From contig OX597831.1 in NCBI GenBank assembly GCA_951406725.2, forward strand, positions 7,130,001-7,194,000: a stretch of DNA of 64,000 nucleotides. The letters are read 5' to 3'. The notes under the pieces were generated by a model. It was not told the DNA's origin. It searched no databases and worked only from the letters and a program-made list of their open reading frames with translations. The stretch is from Octopus vulgaris (Eukaryota). A program made the position numbers and the translations under genes. Shown one piece after another: positions 26,918 to 37,301 of the stretch (position 1 is the first letter of the stretch; every line of letters starts with the position of its first letter).

Positions 26918-29408
26918 CTGCAAGCAAGCATCCACACCAGTACATACGGACGAAGACGACGACGACAACATAAGCTCAGCATCTGCACGCATAATGGCGC
27001 TTTTAACCCGAGCCAAGATTTCTCCTACCTCACGATGTGTCTGTTTGTAATCCAAAATACCAATTTCTTCTGTACTTTCTCTGTCGGTGTTTACGGATGA
27101 AGAAGGATCACCTGCTGTATTGTCAATAGAAATACTAATCCTTCCTGCTGTTGTATGGAACACTTCTTTGTTTCCATGTCTCCGAAGAACGACTGGTTCT
27201 GCTTTGTTATTAACTTTATTTTCACTACTTGTCCCAACATTGGCTTCACTTTGCAGAGAAGCTTCTTTATTTTCACGAGAACTTAGAGTATTATCTTGCA
27301 AAGGCGTTTTATTAAAGAGTGATATGTTCTCATTTTGGAATGACTTTAAAGATTCAGAAACTTTTGGAAAAACTTCTTCGCAATTTTCTTCATTGTCTTC
27401 TTCTTCTTCTTCATTTTCTTCAATAATTTCCATCAACCCACTACTTAAAGGTCTTGGAGAAAGACTAGCAGATTCATTTGCATGGAGGTTGCCTTCTAAA
27501 GTAGTTAAACTAGTTTCTGAATCGGAATCACTGTCGTAGGCATTAAACTCTCGCAACCCACCAACAGCACCGTTTTCATCAAGTGCAATCTTTTCCAGTT
27601 TTTCACGTAAATCTTCAGCAGAGAAATTAGCAATTTGATTGAAATCAGAGGTGTTTAAATTAGTCATTCTCTTGATTCCAGATTTTAATTCTTCTGGAGA
27701 AAAAATACCTTCGTGCTGGAAGCCAGGAAAATTCAACTCGCTGGTGTTCCCAATTTGAGTCAATTTTTCCCTTAACTGGGCAGCAAAATCTCTCTCTCCG
27801 TCTTCGAGATCAGAATCTTCTTCAATGGCTAATTCCCCTTCCATATCACTGTTTGAAATATCATGAGCAAGATTACTTTTCGTCGGTGATACAGTTGTCA
27901 AATCGGAAAGGTTGTCGTCAATACTGCTTAGAATACTTTCAGGAGGTTTAATGATTTTTGGAAAACTTTGTAATGATACTTCAGGTAATGAATTGGAGCT
28001 TTTTATTTTACTATCGTTGACAATTTTGGTTTTGCTGTCGCAAGATTCAGATTTTTTCACGTGAACTCCTTCCTCGGATTTCGTGCTCTCTGAACTCACT
28101 GTAATATCGTCAGAGTAGGATCCCCAACTGATTTTCGAAGCACTTTCTGCAACTCCTCTTTTGGCCATGTAATCAGCATAATCTAAGGAGAAAGGAGAAT
28201 AATCCATTCTGCCATTGAATGGATCAAACTGTCTGGCATAGTCTGTTTCAAGGACGTTTGACAAATTTATAACGTCGCTTTGAGATTTCGGACATTCACT
28301 TTTAATTGACAAATCTATAGTTGTACCTTCACTCCGAGATTTAACAAGGGGAGTTAATCGCTTTTCCTCAACCTGTAGACTTTCATTTAATTTATCTTCA
28401 CAAGGATAAGTTTCCAGCGAGTTCTGAATTATTTCGTTTGCCAAAGAATAAGCAACATCCGCAATATCGTTCGTATCTATAGGTTCACTAACGGTTTCAG
28501 TTTCAAAATCAGAACAACAATGAAAACCAATGTTTTCTCCGTTGGACCGCTTTGCATAATCAGGGTTGATAGCAGCTCTAGAATGATTATTTGCCTCATC
28601 GATTTTCCCTAAAATATCTTCGATACTGTCAGGAGTTATTGACTTAGCAAAACTACTATCAAATTCACTTTCAACAAAGCTGTTCTGAGGTGTGTATGGA
28701 AAATTTGATGAAGCATTCTTGTTGTTGCTTCCACAAACTTCTATATCTTCATAAGGATGAAGAGAAGCCTTTTTATCATTGATTCTTTTCACCATCTCAG
28801 CACTATTGAAACTGGGTAAATGATAATCTTTCATATAACTTCCAAAATTAGAGTCCATGAAGCTATTTGGTGGTGTTACAGGATAACTTGAGCCTTGTTC
28901 TGAAGTTTGATCTGATACAATCTCCATTGGACTTGCAATACCAGAAGATGCTTCAGGATGCACTATTGCCTTCTCGGTACCAACAGTAATAAGAGGTTGG
29001 TCACTTGTCATACAAACCATATTGTCAACATTATGTTGCTTATTTAAAAAATGCATGTTATCAATTGTGGAATTGTATTCACTTTCATTGAGCGAATTAT
29101 CTACATTTGCTAACACAATGTGAGAATTATTATGGTCAGCAGCATCAGGTTTTGTTTGCATTTTAGATACGAAAACAGCATTGTCAATTTGCATAGCAGA
29201 TTGATCTATATTTGTAGTCGGACTGAAGGTCTCATACATTTCGGTAGATGTATCAGTACCACTCATAGAAGTACCACTTAACGATGATGCACTGTCACTA
29301 TATTTATTCCCATGCTTCATATTATCTTCAATAACACCTGCAATGCCACCAGATGCCAATTCACTATCCTGTCTAGCACCATTGATTTGATCTGGATTTT
29401 CAAAGAGC
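26918..29408 (-). CDS. PRUNE: PRUNE-family giant exon, about 830 aa acidic/Ser-rich, probably disordered
   Basis: ttttatttcatcag|G CTC TTT GAA is in phase with the previous exon (AG+G=R) and lies in the 871-aa ORF 26843..29458. The 3' end is either the donor CAG|gtaaac at 26918 or read-through to TGA at 26843. Confidence 0.88.
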
Positions 29409-30232
29409 CTGATGAAATAAAAGGCAAAAAAAAAAGAAAGGAAGAGAGAAAAAAACAAGTTAATAGTTTAATAGCATATCTAAAATAGTTGATTAAAATA
29501 ACTGACTTCTGTTTCTTTCTTTAATGCTTTCACCTTTAAACTATTATGAACAGTGGACACAACAAGACAAATTTTTGCTTATATCAATCAACAAATAGAA
29601 AAAAGATCAGACACGGAAGAACTTTTAAAAGTGAAAGCTGATACTTCTTGGTTTGGCGATACAACAACAATGGGTATGTTGTGGGTCAGACAATGTTTTT
29701 TAACATATATTATACAGATTATTCAAATTATAACAAAAAGGTGATAGAATAACAGTCATTCCCAAAAGTCTATATTGTTTTAAGCAAATGATAGAATCAA
29801 TTTATAATTTCAGAGTAACAAAAATAAAAAATCTATTTGAAATTTACTCATAACATGATTGGTTCAGAAATCAATTAGAAATGCACATCATCATCATCAT
29901 TATTATCATCATCATCATCATCACTATTATTAAAAGGCAGAGTTTGCAAAGCGTCAATTTATGTTATGACAGTTTTAAATTAAAGTATATTTTCTAACAT
30001 GGGTGAAAAGAATTGAAGCAATTTCATATATGAAAAAATTCAACTTTACACAATATTTGCCTTCAACATCAAATTTATTTCTCCATTAAATTTTACATCA
30101 ATTTTAGAAAATGAAAACTGTAATCAAAGTTAATACGCAATTAACAAAATTCCAATTAGAAAGCATAATTTATATCATTAGGGATTTTAAGAAAATACTG
30201 ATCTCATGCTAAACCTGTAGGAGTCATCTTAC

Positions 30233-30396
30233 CTAGAAAAATCTTCATTAGAGATAAGAGATTTTAGTATTGGAAGCACTTTTTTACGAGTAATTACGAT
30301 ATTCTTTTGTGAAAATATTGTTAAATTGGTTGATTCATAAGGAATTCTTTCAAGTTGCAAAGATGGCTCGCTGCTACTACACAACACGTCCACTAT
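30233..30396 (-). CDS. PRUNE: PRUNE-family exon (end of DHHA2, [ST]RKK motif)
   Basis: poly-T tract ttctttttag|ATA...TCT AG|gtaag; 164 nt, phase 0/2; IVDVLCSSSEPSLQLERIPYESTNLTIFSQKNIVITRKKVLPILKSLISNEDFS. Confidence 0.92.
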
Positions 30397-30502
30397 CTAA
30401 AAAGAAAAAAAAAAAAAAAAAAAAATGAATTTCCATTTGCTGTCAAAAAGGAATTTTCAAACAATTTACTTTAAGTTCTTGAAATCAATAACAGTAAAAA
30501 TG

Positions 30503-31612
30503 ACAAGAGCACTCAGAAAGTGCTAACCTCCACCAAGGCAACACCAATGTCCCTCTCAACAATTAGGCAGAGGTGATTTTTAAAATGAGAATATCTGAAA
30601 TAAACTCGACTGCTCTCACAAACAGGAATACTAAAAATGAACCCAACCGCGCTAAAAAATTAAGTAAAAAAAAAAAAAAAAAATCAGAAAAATAATCCAG
30701 AATCCTTGTCCGGTACCTGATTGATCCCAATGGTAATCATTGAATGTGAAGGTGGCTATAGAAAATTTAGTAACGATAATAGTTTACCCTTATCTAATAC
30801 AAACCAAAGTTAACAAATCCACCATTCAAAATAGTTTCAAATGCAGAGGTAATAATAATAAGTTCTACTCAGGAATTTTTAAATGAATAGCATGAAACCT
30901 TTTGGTTTTCTCTTCTCTTAAATTTCAGCCTTCCTTTAGTATTCCTGTTGTTTTAGATCAATGTATAGATGTAAGTAGACTGTAAAGTGTTAATATGTAT
31001 GTATAATATAATATATATATATATATATAGAAAATAGTAAAAAGTGAAAAAACTACAGAAGGCTTGTTTTAAAAGGTTAAAAAATATATATTTGAGTCAT
31101 TATGTCAGAAGAATGTTATACATTTTTTTCATACAATGACATAGTTTTTGAAGAAATGACCGGTTTCGCGTTCAGCTTTTCAAATTTCTTACATATAAAA
31201 ATATGTTAGTGTTATTTAATTTCTTAACCATTTTAGCTGCCATTTGTTTATGTAGTTTGATTTCTTAAATCCATCAGTTTCTACTAAGATAGAGATGCGA
31301 GTAAAATTAATAATAGAGAAACAAAAATAAAACTTTGGAAACAGTCTAAAGGGAGGTAACTGAGAAAGACTTCAAAGTCAACATAAGATCATAATTTGTA
31401 AAGTAAATATAACAAATAATCCAGAATCCTTGTCTGGCACCAGATCAATCCCCAAATCTCATCAGTTCGAGCCAGTCACGAGGCCAAACATTCCTGAAAG
31501 TTTCATCCAAATCCACCCAGCGGTTCGTGAGATATCTTGTCCATTGACAAACCAACAAACAAACAAACATTACTAAAAACAATACCTCCACCTTCGTTAA
31601 GACGGAGATAAT
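30503..31612. mobile_element. Helitron/Helentron-like non-autonomous element in two pieces
   Basis: Pieces 30503-30730 and 31416-31612 share aataatccagaatccttgtc; the second has aaagtttcatccaaatcc, (acaa)n and a 3' stem ctcc..ggag; family call is inference. Confidence 0.45.
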
Positions 31613-31792
31613 AATTATAGAAATTATAATATTGTCCTGGTTGGACATTGAAATATTTTTACAAATGATTTCTCACCCCACCCACAATTTTATTGAACTA
31701 CTTTCTTCAATTTGAGGTAGGATACCTTCACTTGTTTCAGATTGGTAACATGTTCCTTAATTTCTATTGATGAATTCCAAAAAAGCCTTCAA

Positions 31793-32014
31793 CCCTTTAG
31801 ATTTCAAATTACTCTGTTAAATGTAATATTTTTTTTTACTCAAATTGTTTTGAATTAATCAAACATTATCTTATAGCTTTGGGGTTTCGATGATGTGATT
31901 GTTTATTTTAAGAATGTCAATGTAGGTTAAGTGTGAGAGGCTAGATATCGCCAGTTTGAATATAAAACGTATAGAATATTTGGGCTGGATATGGCCGGTT
32001 TAAACACTAAAGGG
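31793..32014. mobile_element. piggyBac-type MITE (second family)
   Basis: aa|ccctttag ... ctaaaggg|ttaa; a related copy at about 61781-62002. Confidence 0.65.
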
Positions 32015-32666
32015 TTAATTTACAAAATATGACTAACACTTGGTTTAATTTGACAATGTTCACCATGAGGTCACTCGCAACAATTCCACAATTTTTATAG
32101 TCATTGGATGCTCACTGAAAATTAGTAATTCTTTGTAAAACTAGAGATCCATTGGCCACGATATCCACCCACCCACAGATACTGTCTACAATCTTCCTTT
32201 ATACAGAACAAACTCCTTGATATTAATGAGGTCTTTTCACTGGAACTAATTGCTTAGGATTTGCCAAATTCACTTTCAGACCATCTGATTCAATTAATTT
32301 GGAAAATAATGAATTTAGTAAAATAAAAGTCATTAATAAGCTGGTGTTTAGAATATAAATTAACATGAAATTTTGATGAAAAGTTTTAATTTAGATCAAT
32401 TTAAAACAAGAAGTTTGTATCATAAAACCAGGGTTCGTGTCAGACAGGTTGACATCAAAACGTTTCAGGTATATGTCATTTGATTTCGACATATCAAACT
32501 TACATTCAAAAAATTAAGATTCATTTTTCAAATTTTGTAATAAGATTCTACTGTATAAACAACACAATGAGAATAACACAACAAAAATTGTAATTTAAAG
32601 AAAACCTCATCATCATAATTTTTTAAACAATAATTCCATATATTTAGAGAGAAATGCTAGACATAC

Positions 32667-32825
32667 CTTATCAAGTGCTGGTTTAAACATTGAGAAAACA
32701 GCAAGGTCTCGTTTTATGTTGTCTTTATTCAACATCACCATACACATTATGACAATTGCTTTAGCATCATGTAATTCTGATAATTTATACAAACTGCTTT
32801 CAAAGTCATCCCTCTTAATGAGATC
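32667..32825 (-). CDS. PRUNE: PRUNE-family exon (DHHA2 domain)
   Basis: ctaattgtag|GAT...AAG|gtatg; 159 nt, phase 0/0; DLIKRDDFESSLYKLSELHDAKAIVIMCMVMLNKDNIKRDLAVFSMFKPALDK. Confidence 0.9.
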
Positions 32826-34219
32826 CTACAATTAGAAAGAAAATTAACTTATAGACAAACCTCGACCATTAAACCTCAAATATTTATATTTTAAATTCAT
32901 TTAAAAACAGAATGGAATTTAATATTCAAAATGATAGTCGGCTTAAACAGAATTAATAATTCTGTTTAATCCTGCTTAGAATTAATAATTTTAAGCAGGA
33001 TTAAAAGGATTACAGAAAATATTTATTCAATGCTATACCTTCTAATTCAACAGATTCTTGTATTTAGTTCAATTATTGCCTTTCATGCTGGGCCGCTGCC
33101 TTCAAGACTTTTCTTTCCTTCTCTCTCTCTTTTCTTTTTTCAGTCAGTTACACCAACTCCATTATTTGTATCAATCTTATGTCTGTTTTATTGATTTGTA
33201 TAGGTGCAGGCATAGCTGTGTGATTAAGAGGTTTGATTCTAAACCACAGGGTTTCAGTTTCAGTCCCACGGCATCACACCTTGGATAAGTGTTTCCAACT
33301 ATAAGCCCAATCCAACAAGATAGAAACTGTAAGGAACTTGTTCATCACTTTACGTCCGCTTTCCCATGCTGGTATGGATCAGATGGAATTTTGTTGAGGC
33401 ACATTTTCTACAGCTGGATGCCCTTCCTGTCACCTGTTTCCAGGTAATATTCCCCTCACCCCACCCCATTTACCAGACATGTTTTCACAGAAGACCGGGA
33501 GTAAAGAGCATTGTTTGCTTAATGATGACATTCATTTACAATTATTGTACGAAGTCAAGGCAAGGGGACAGTAACACACACACACACATGATGGGCCACT
33601 TTCAGTTTCTGTCTACCAAATCCACTCACAAGGCTTTGGTCGACCTGAGACTATAGTAGAAGACACTTGCCCAAGGTGCCTCGCAGTGGGATTGAACCCA
33701 AAACCATGAGGCTGGGAAGCAATCTCTCAATCACACAGCCATGCCTACACCTCACACTCACACATACATGTTTATATGTGAGTGTGAGCATGTGGGAGTG
33801 TTCGTGTGTCCTTGTCTTGATATCATCTGATAGTTGTAAATGAGTGTCACTGTCATACAGGCAGTGTTGTTCCTTTTCAATATTCTGTGAGAACATGTCT
33901 GGCCATTGAGGGGAAATATTACTTTGCTTTGAAACGGTTGAAGGTTGTCTAAGTCATCTGGCAGTAGAAAATCTCTCTCAATAATCTCCGTCCAATCCAT
34001 GGAAGCATGGATGTTAAAAAAAGCAACATCAAAAAACAATGATCTTTTCCACTGGTTAAGCTACCTTTTTGGCAGAGTAATGATACTTTTTGGAAACTAA
34101 AACACACAACATGACATCAGCACAATTTCCATTTTCCCAAACTTTATTTTCAAGCTTTGGTTAACCTAGGATTATTACAGTGAGCTCTTAAAAGAAAAAG
34201 AAGAAGAAAAAAAAAAAAG

Positions 34220-34490
34220 AACCGTCCGAATGTGGCTGTTGCCAGCGCCGCCTCGACTGGCCTCCGTGCCGGTGGCACATAAAAAGCACCAACTGATCGC
34301 AGCCATTGCCAGCCTCGCCTGGCACATAAAAAGCACTCATGGAGTGGTTGGCATTAGGAAGGGCATCCAGCTGTAGAAATACTGCCAGATCAGACTGGAG
34401 CCTGATGCAGCCTCCTGGCTTCCCTGACCCCAGTCGAACCATCCAACCCATGCTAGAACGGAAAGTGGACGTTAAACGATGATAATGATG
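34220..34490 (+). mobile_element. (GAT)n-tailed retroelement, same family
   Basis: ggagtggttggcattaggaagggcatccagctgtag...ggacgttaaacgatgataatgatg. Confidence 0.85.
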
Positions 34491-35009
34491 AGCTCTTGTC
34501 CAATGCCCCATACAATGGATTCAAATACAGAACTACGTGACAATGAAATCAACCCCTTAACTTTGTCTGCAACTATGATAAACTTGCCCGTTTGACTCTT
34601 GGGGGTTAAAGAGATGCCACTAAATTGTTTATACATCACTGAAACACAGAAGTAACTTGGTGGTTTTTGTTTAGAGGCCATGTCTATTGTTACAGTGATA
34701 GGTAAGAGGCAAGTTTAACGAACCTTTCCTTATCTCTTGGACATTCATTGTTAACTTCTTGATAAACAATGATTCTAATACTAGCAGATAGGTTCGGCTT
34801 TCATAAATTTGTGCGTTTTCATATTGTTGAAGCAAGTGTTTCAACAATATGAAGGCTCTTTAGATTTACGACTAAACTATAAAATATGAATTTCTCAAAG
34901 CAGACAAAGAGAAGCAGAGTTATGTACCTTTACCTTAGAACACGACACAGTCGTCATAGTAAAAGAGATTGACATTTCTAATCACAAAATAAATAAATAT
35001 CGACAGTTC

Positions 35010-35267
35010 TATATTTAAGAGATGAGCAATTATTTACATTATTTACATTTGACGGATATTTGTCCTCATCTTGTTTGTTGTTAACACAACGTTTCGGCTG
35101 ATATACCCTCCAGCCTTCATCAGGTGTCTTGGGGAAATTTCGAACCTGGGTTCTCATTGCTAAGGTATTTTTTCGATGTTATTATTATTATTATTATTAT
35201 TTAGGTCACTGCCTGGAATCGAACTCGGAATCTTGGGGTTAGTAGCCCACGCTCAACCACTACGCCA
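35010..35267 (-). mobile_element. tRNA-headed SINE-like element with hammerhead-bearing tail
   Basis: A box TGGCGTAGTGG, B box GAGTTCGATTCC, (AAT)n linker, then the hammerhead at 35083-35128; 3' boundary approximate. Confidence 0.7.
35083..35128 (-). ncRNA. Minimal type I hammerhead ribozyme fold
   Basis: GACAC-CUGAUGA-A-GGCUG(GAGGGUAUAU)CAGCC-GAAAC-GUU/GUGUU; helix I GACAC:GUGUU, helix II 5 bp, palindromic helix III ACGU. Confidence 0.75.
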
Positions 35268-36129
35268 TGGCGTAGTGGTTGAGCGTGGGCTACTAACCCA
35301 TATCAAACTGAACCAACCTCAGGAATATTTAATCAAGAAGATAGCATTTAAAACAATATTCATAAAAGATTTCAAATCGCCTTGCGCCTAATAAAGTTTT
35401 TGAGAGCTCCAGACCACAGAGTCGATAGTATACTGGATTGCCAGACAAAGCATCAATGAATTATATCCCATCATTGGCACCAACCAGTATTCTTATTCAA
35501 GACAATTCCTGCTCATCCTATTTAATTAGTTATACAATAAACTTAACAAGTAGTACCAATGAATAATTAATGAATATTTTATGAAATGATGCCCAATAGT
35601 TTTTTATGAGCCTTGAAAAATTAATGAGAATTCGTTTCATTGTATTATTGTCTGAAAACCCTGTAGATGCATCATTTACAACAAAAATCTTCAACCAGGA
35701 GTAGATTTCCCTGCCGAGGTAAAAATTTATATGACAAGGGGTAAATATATCATTCAATGTCATCACAGAGTGAGGTTCTAACAACCAGGCAATCACAGTA
35801 TTATGCAAAACCTTAATAATACAGTTGTTTCATTATTTCTTCTGAATCTCTATGATGACCATACATCTTTTTCCAAGGATGACGGAACAAATGGTGAGAT
35901 ATTAATTAAGCTGAGCAGGTAAATGACTGAAGGAGGGTTGATAATCACAAGGTTCGCTAGAAGTTGTTTATCAATCAATGGTAACTGTTTAGAAATGAAA
36001 TTTTACTATTTTAAGAACGAAGTCTTTCAGCAGATTTGTGCAAGAAATTGATACACTATTGAAAAATAAGTAATTAAAATTGGTTAAGGTTGATTTAATC
36101 AAAACAACAATAATTAAAAATCAACTTAC

Positions 36130-36224
36130 TTCAATAGGTACTGTTACTGAACACATTGGAATATTGATATCGTTTTTTGATATTACTTTCAAATCCATCT
36201 CTAAAACATCCACACTTGTGAATC
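36130..36224 (-). CDS. PRUNE: PRUNE-family exon (start of DHHA2 domain)
   Basis: ggttttag|GA TTC...GAA|gtaagt; 95 nt, phase 1/0; GFTSVDVLEMDLKVISKNDINIPMCSVTVPIE with the DxK motif. Confidence 0.92.
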
Positions 36225-36579
36225 CTAAAACCATAAAAAAAAAAATTTTTTTTAAATCAGTATATAGATGAAAATGGAATCTGTCCACATTCACAAAATA
36301 AACGAAAAGGAAAATCTGAAAAGATGTAAAATATTAAAAAGGGATTCTGAAAATTTCTATTCTCAATGAAAGCACTGAATTTGGAACAAACAATCAATTC
36401 TCAACTCATTTGCTAGAAAATGAGTTTGGTTTGGTTTACCAGTCATCTTCAATCCCATCAAAGCTTTTTTTTTTGTTTCTTGAAACGGCAGCAAAAATAC
36501 TTTTAAAAAAATTCTAAATATTTAATTGAAACAATTATATATACTTGAACAATAGCCTAAACATAGGGAGAAGACCCTA

Positions 36580-37030
36580 TATCAGCACCAGATATGACAA
36601 GTGGAAGTGTTCCATATCAGATCACTGCAAAGTATCCTTGGTTTCATGTGGAAGGACAAGGTACCTCATATCGAAATCCTCCTGAGGGTCGGGATCTACA
36701 GCATTGAGGCTTACAACCTATGTAGTCTTCTCCACTGGGTTGGCCATGTAATTTGGATGCTGGGTAATTGGCTCCCAAAGACGGTCCTCTTCAGTGAGAT
36801 TAAGACTGGAAGTAGACCTTATGGACGTCCAAAACTTCGTTTTTATGAGCATCTCAAGTGATCTCATTTTATGCAGTGTCTGCCCTCGCAATCAGTTGGA
36901 GCTTCTGGCTGTTAAATGGAAGGCATGGAGGAGCCTGTGTGATGCTGGAGTGGAATGCTTTGAAACTGAATGCAAGAGTTTGTATGAAGAGAGAAGGAGA
37001 TGTTATCATCAACTGCCTTCAGCTGTTGTT
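36580..37030 (+). mobile_element. RTE-clade LINE 3' ORF fragment
   Basis: EVFHIRSLQSILGFMWKDKVPHIEILLRVG...LLHWVGHVIWM...LPKTVLFSEIKTGSRPYGRPKLRF. Confidence 0.85.
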
Positions 37031-37145
37031 TGGAGTCACTTTGGATAATAATCATCAATAATGATAACAATAAATAATAACAATGAATAATAATAATAAT
37101 AATACAACACACATTCCGATAGTAAATGGTAAATCGATTACTTAC

Positions 37146-37301
37146 CACTTATATCGTATTTAACAATATTGATTTGTTCAAAAACATCACAGCGATTGCA
37201 ATTTGGTAGAATATTTTCCAAGCGCTGCAGTATTTCTTCATCTTTTGCAGTTCCACGTTTAGCTTCTTTACTCATATTTATAGTATCAAAAATAATGGTA
37301 C
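37146..37301 (-). CDS. PRUNE: PRUNE-family exon (DHH motif IV Asp)
   Basis: gaattctag|GT ACC...AGT G|gtaagt; 156 nt, phase 1/1; STIIFDTINMSKEAKRGTAKDEEILQRLENILPNCNRCDVFEQINIVKYDIS; absent from the ORF track. Confidence 0.93.

Noticed and set aside
27087-27539. 150-aa plus-strand ORF
   Set aside because: Antisense shadow of the giant exon with no independent signal
29409-29458. N-terminus MFFSLFLSFFFAFYFI of the 871-aa ORF as a signal peptide
   Set aside because: It is the translated polypyrimidine tract of the acceptor at 29409; the exon starts at 29408
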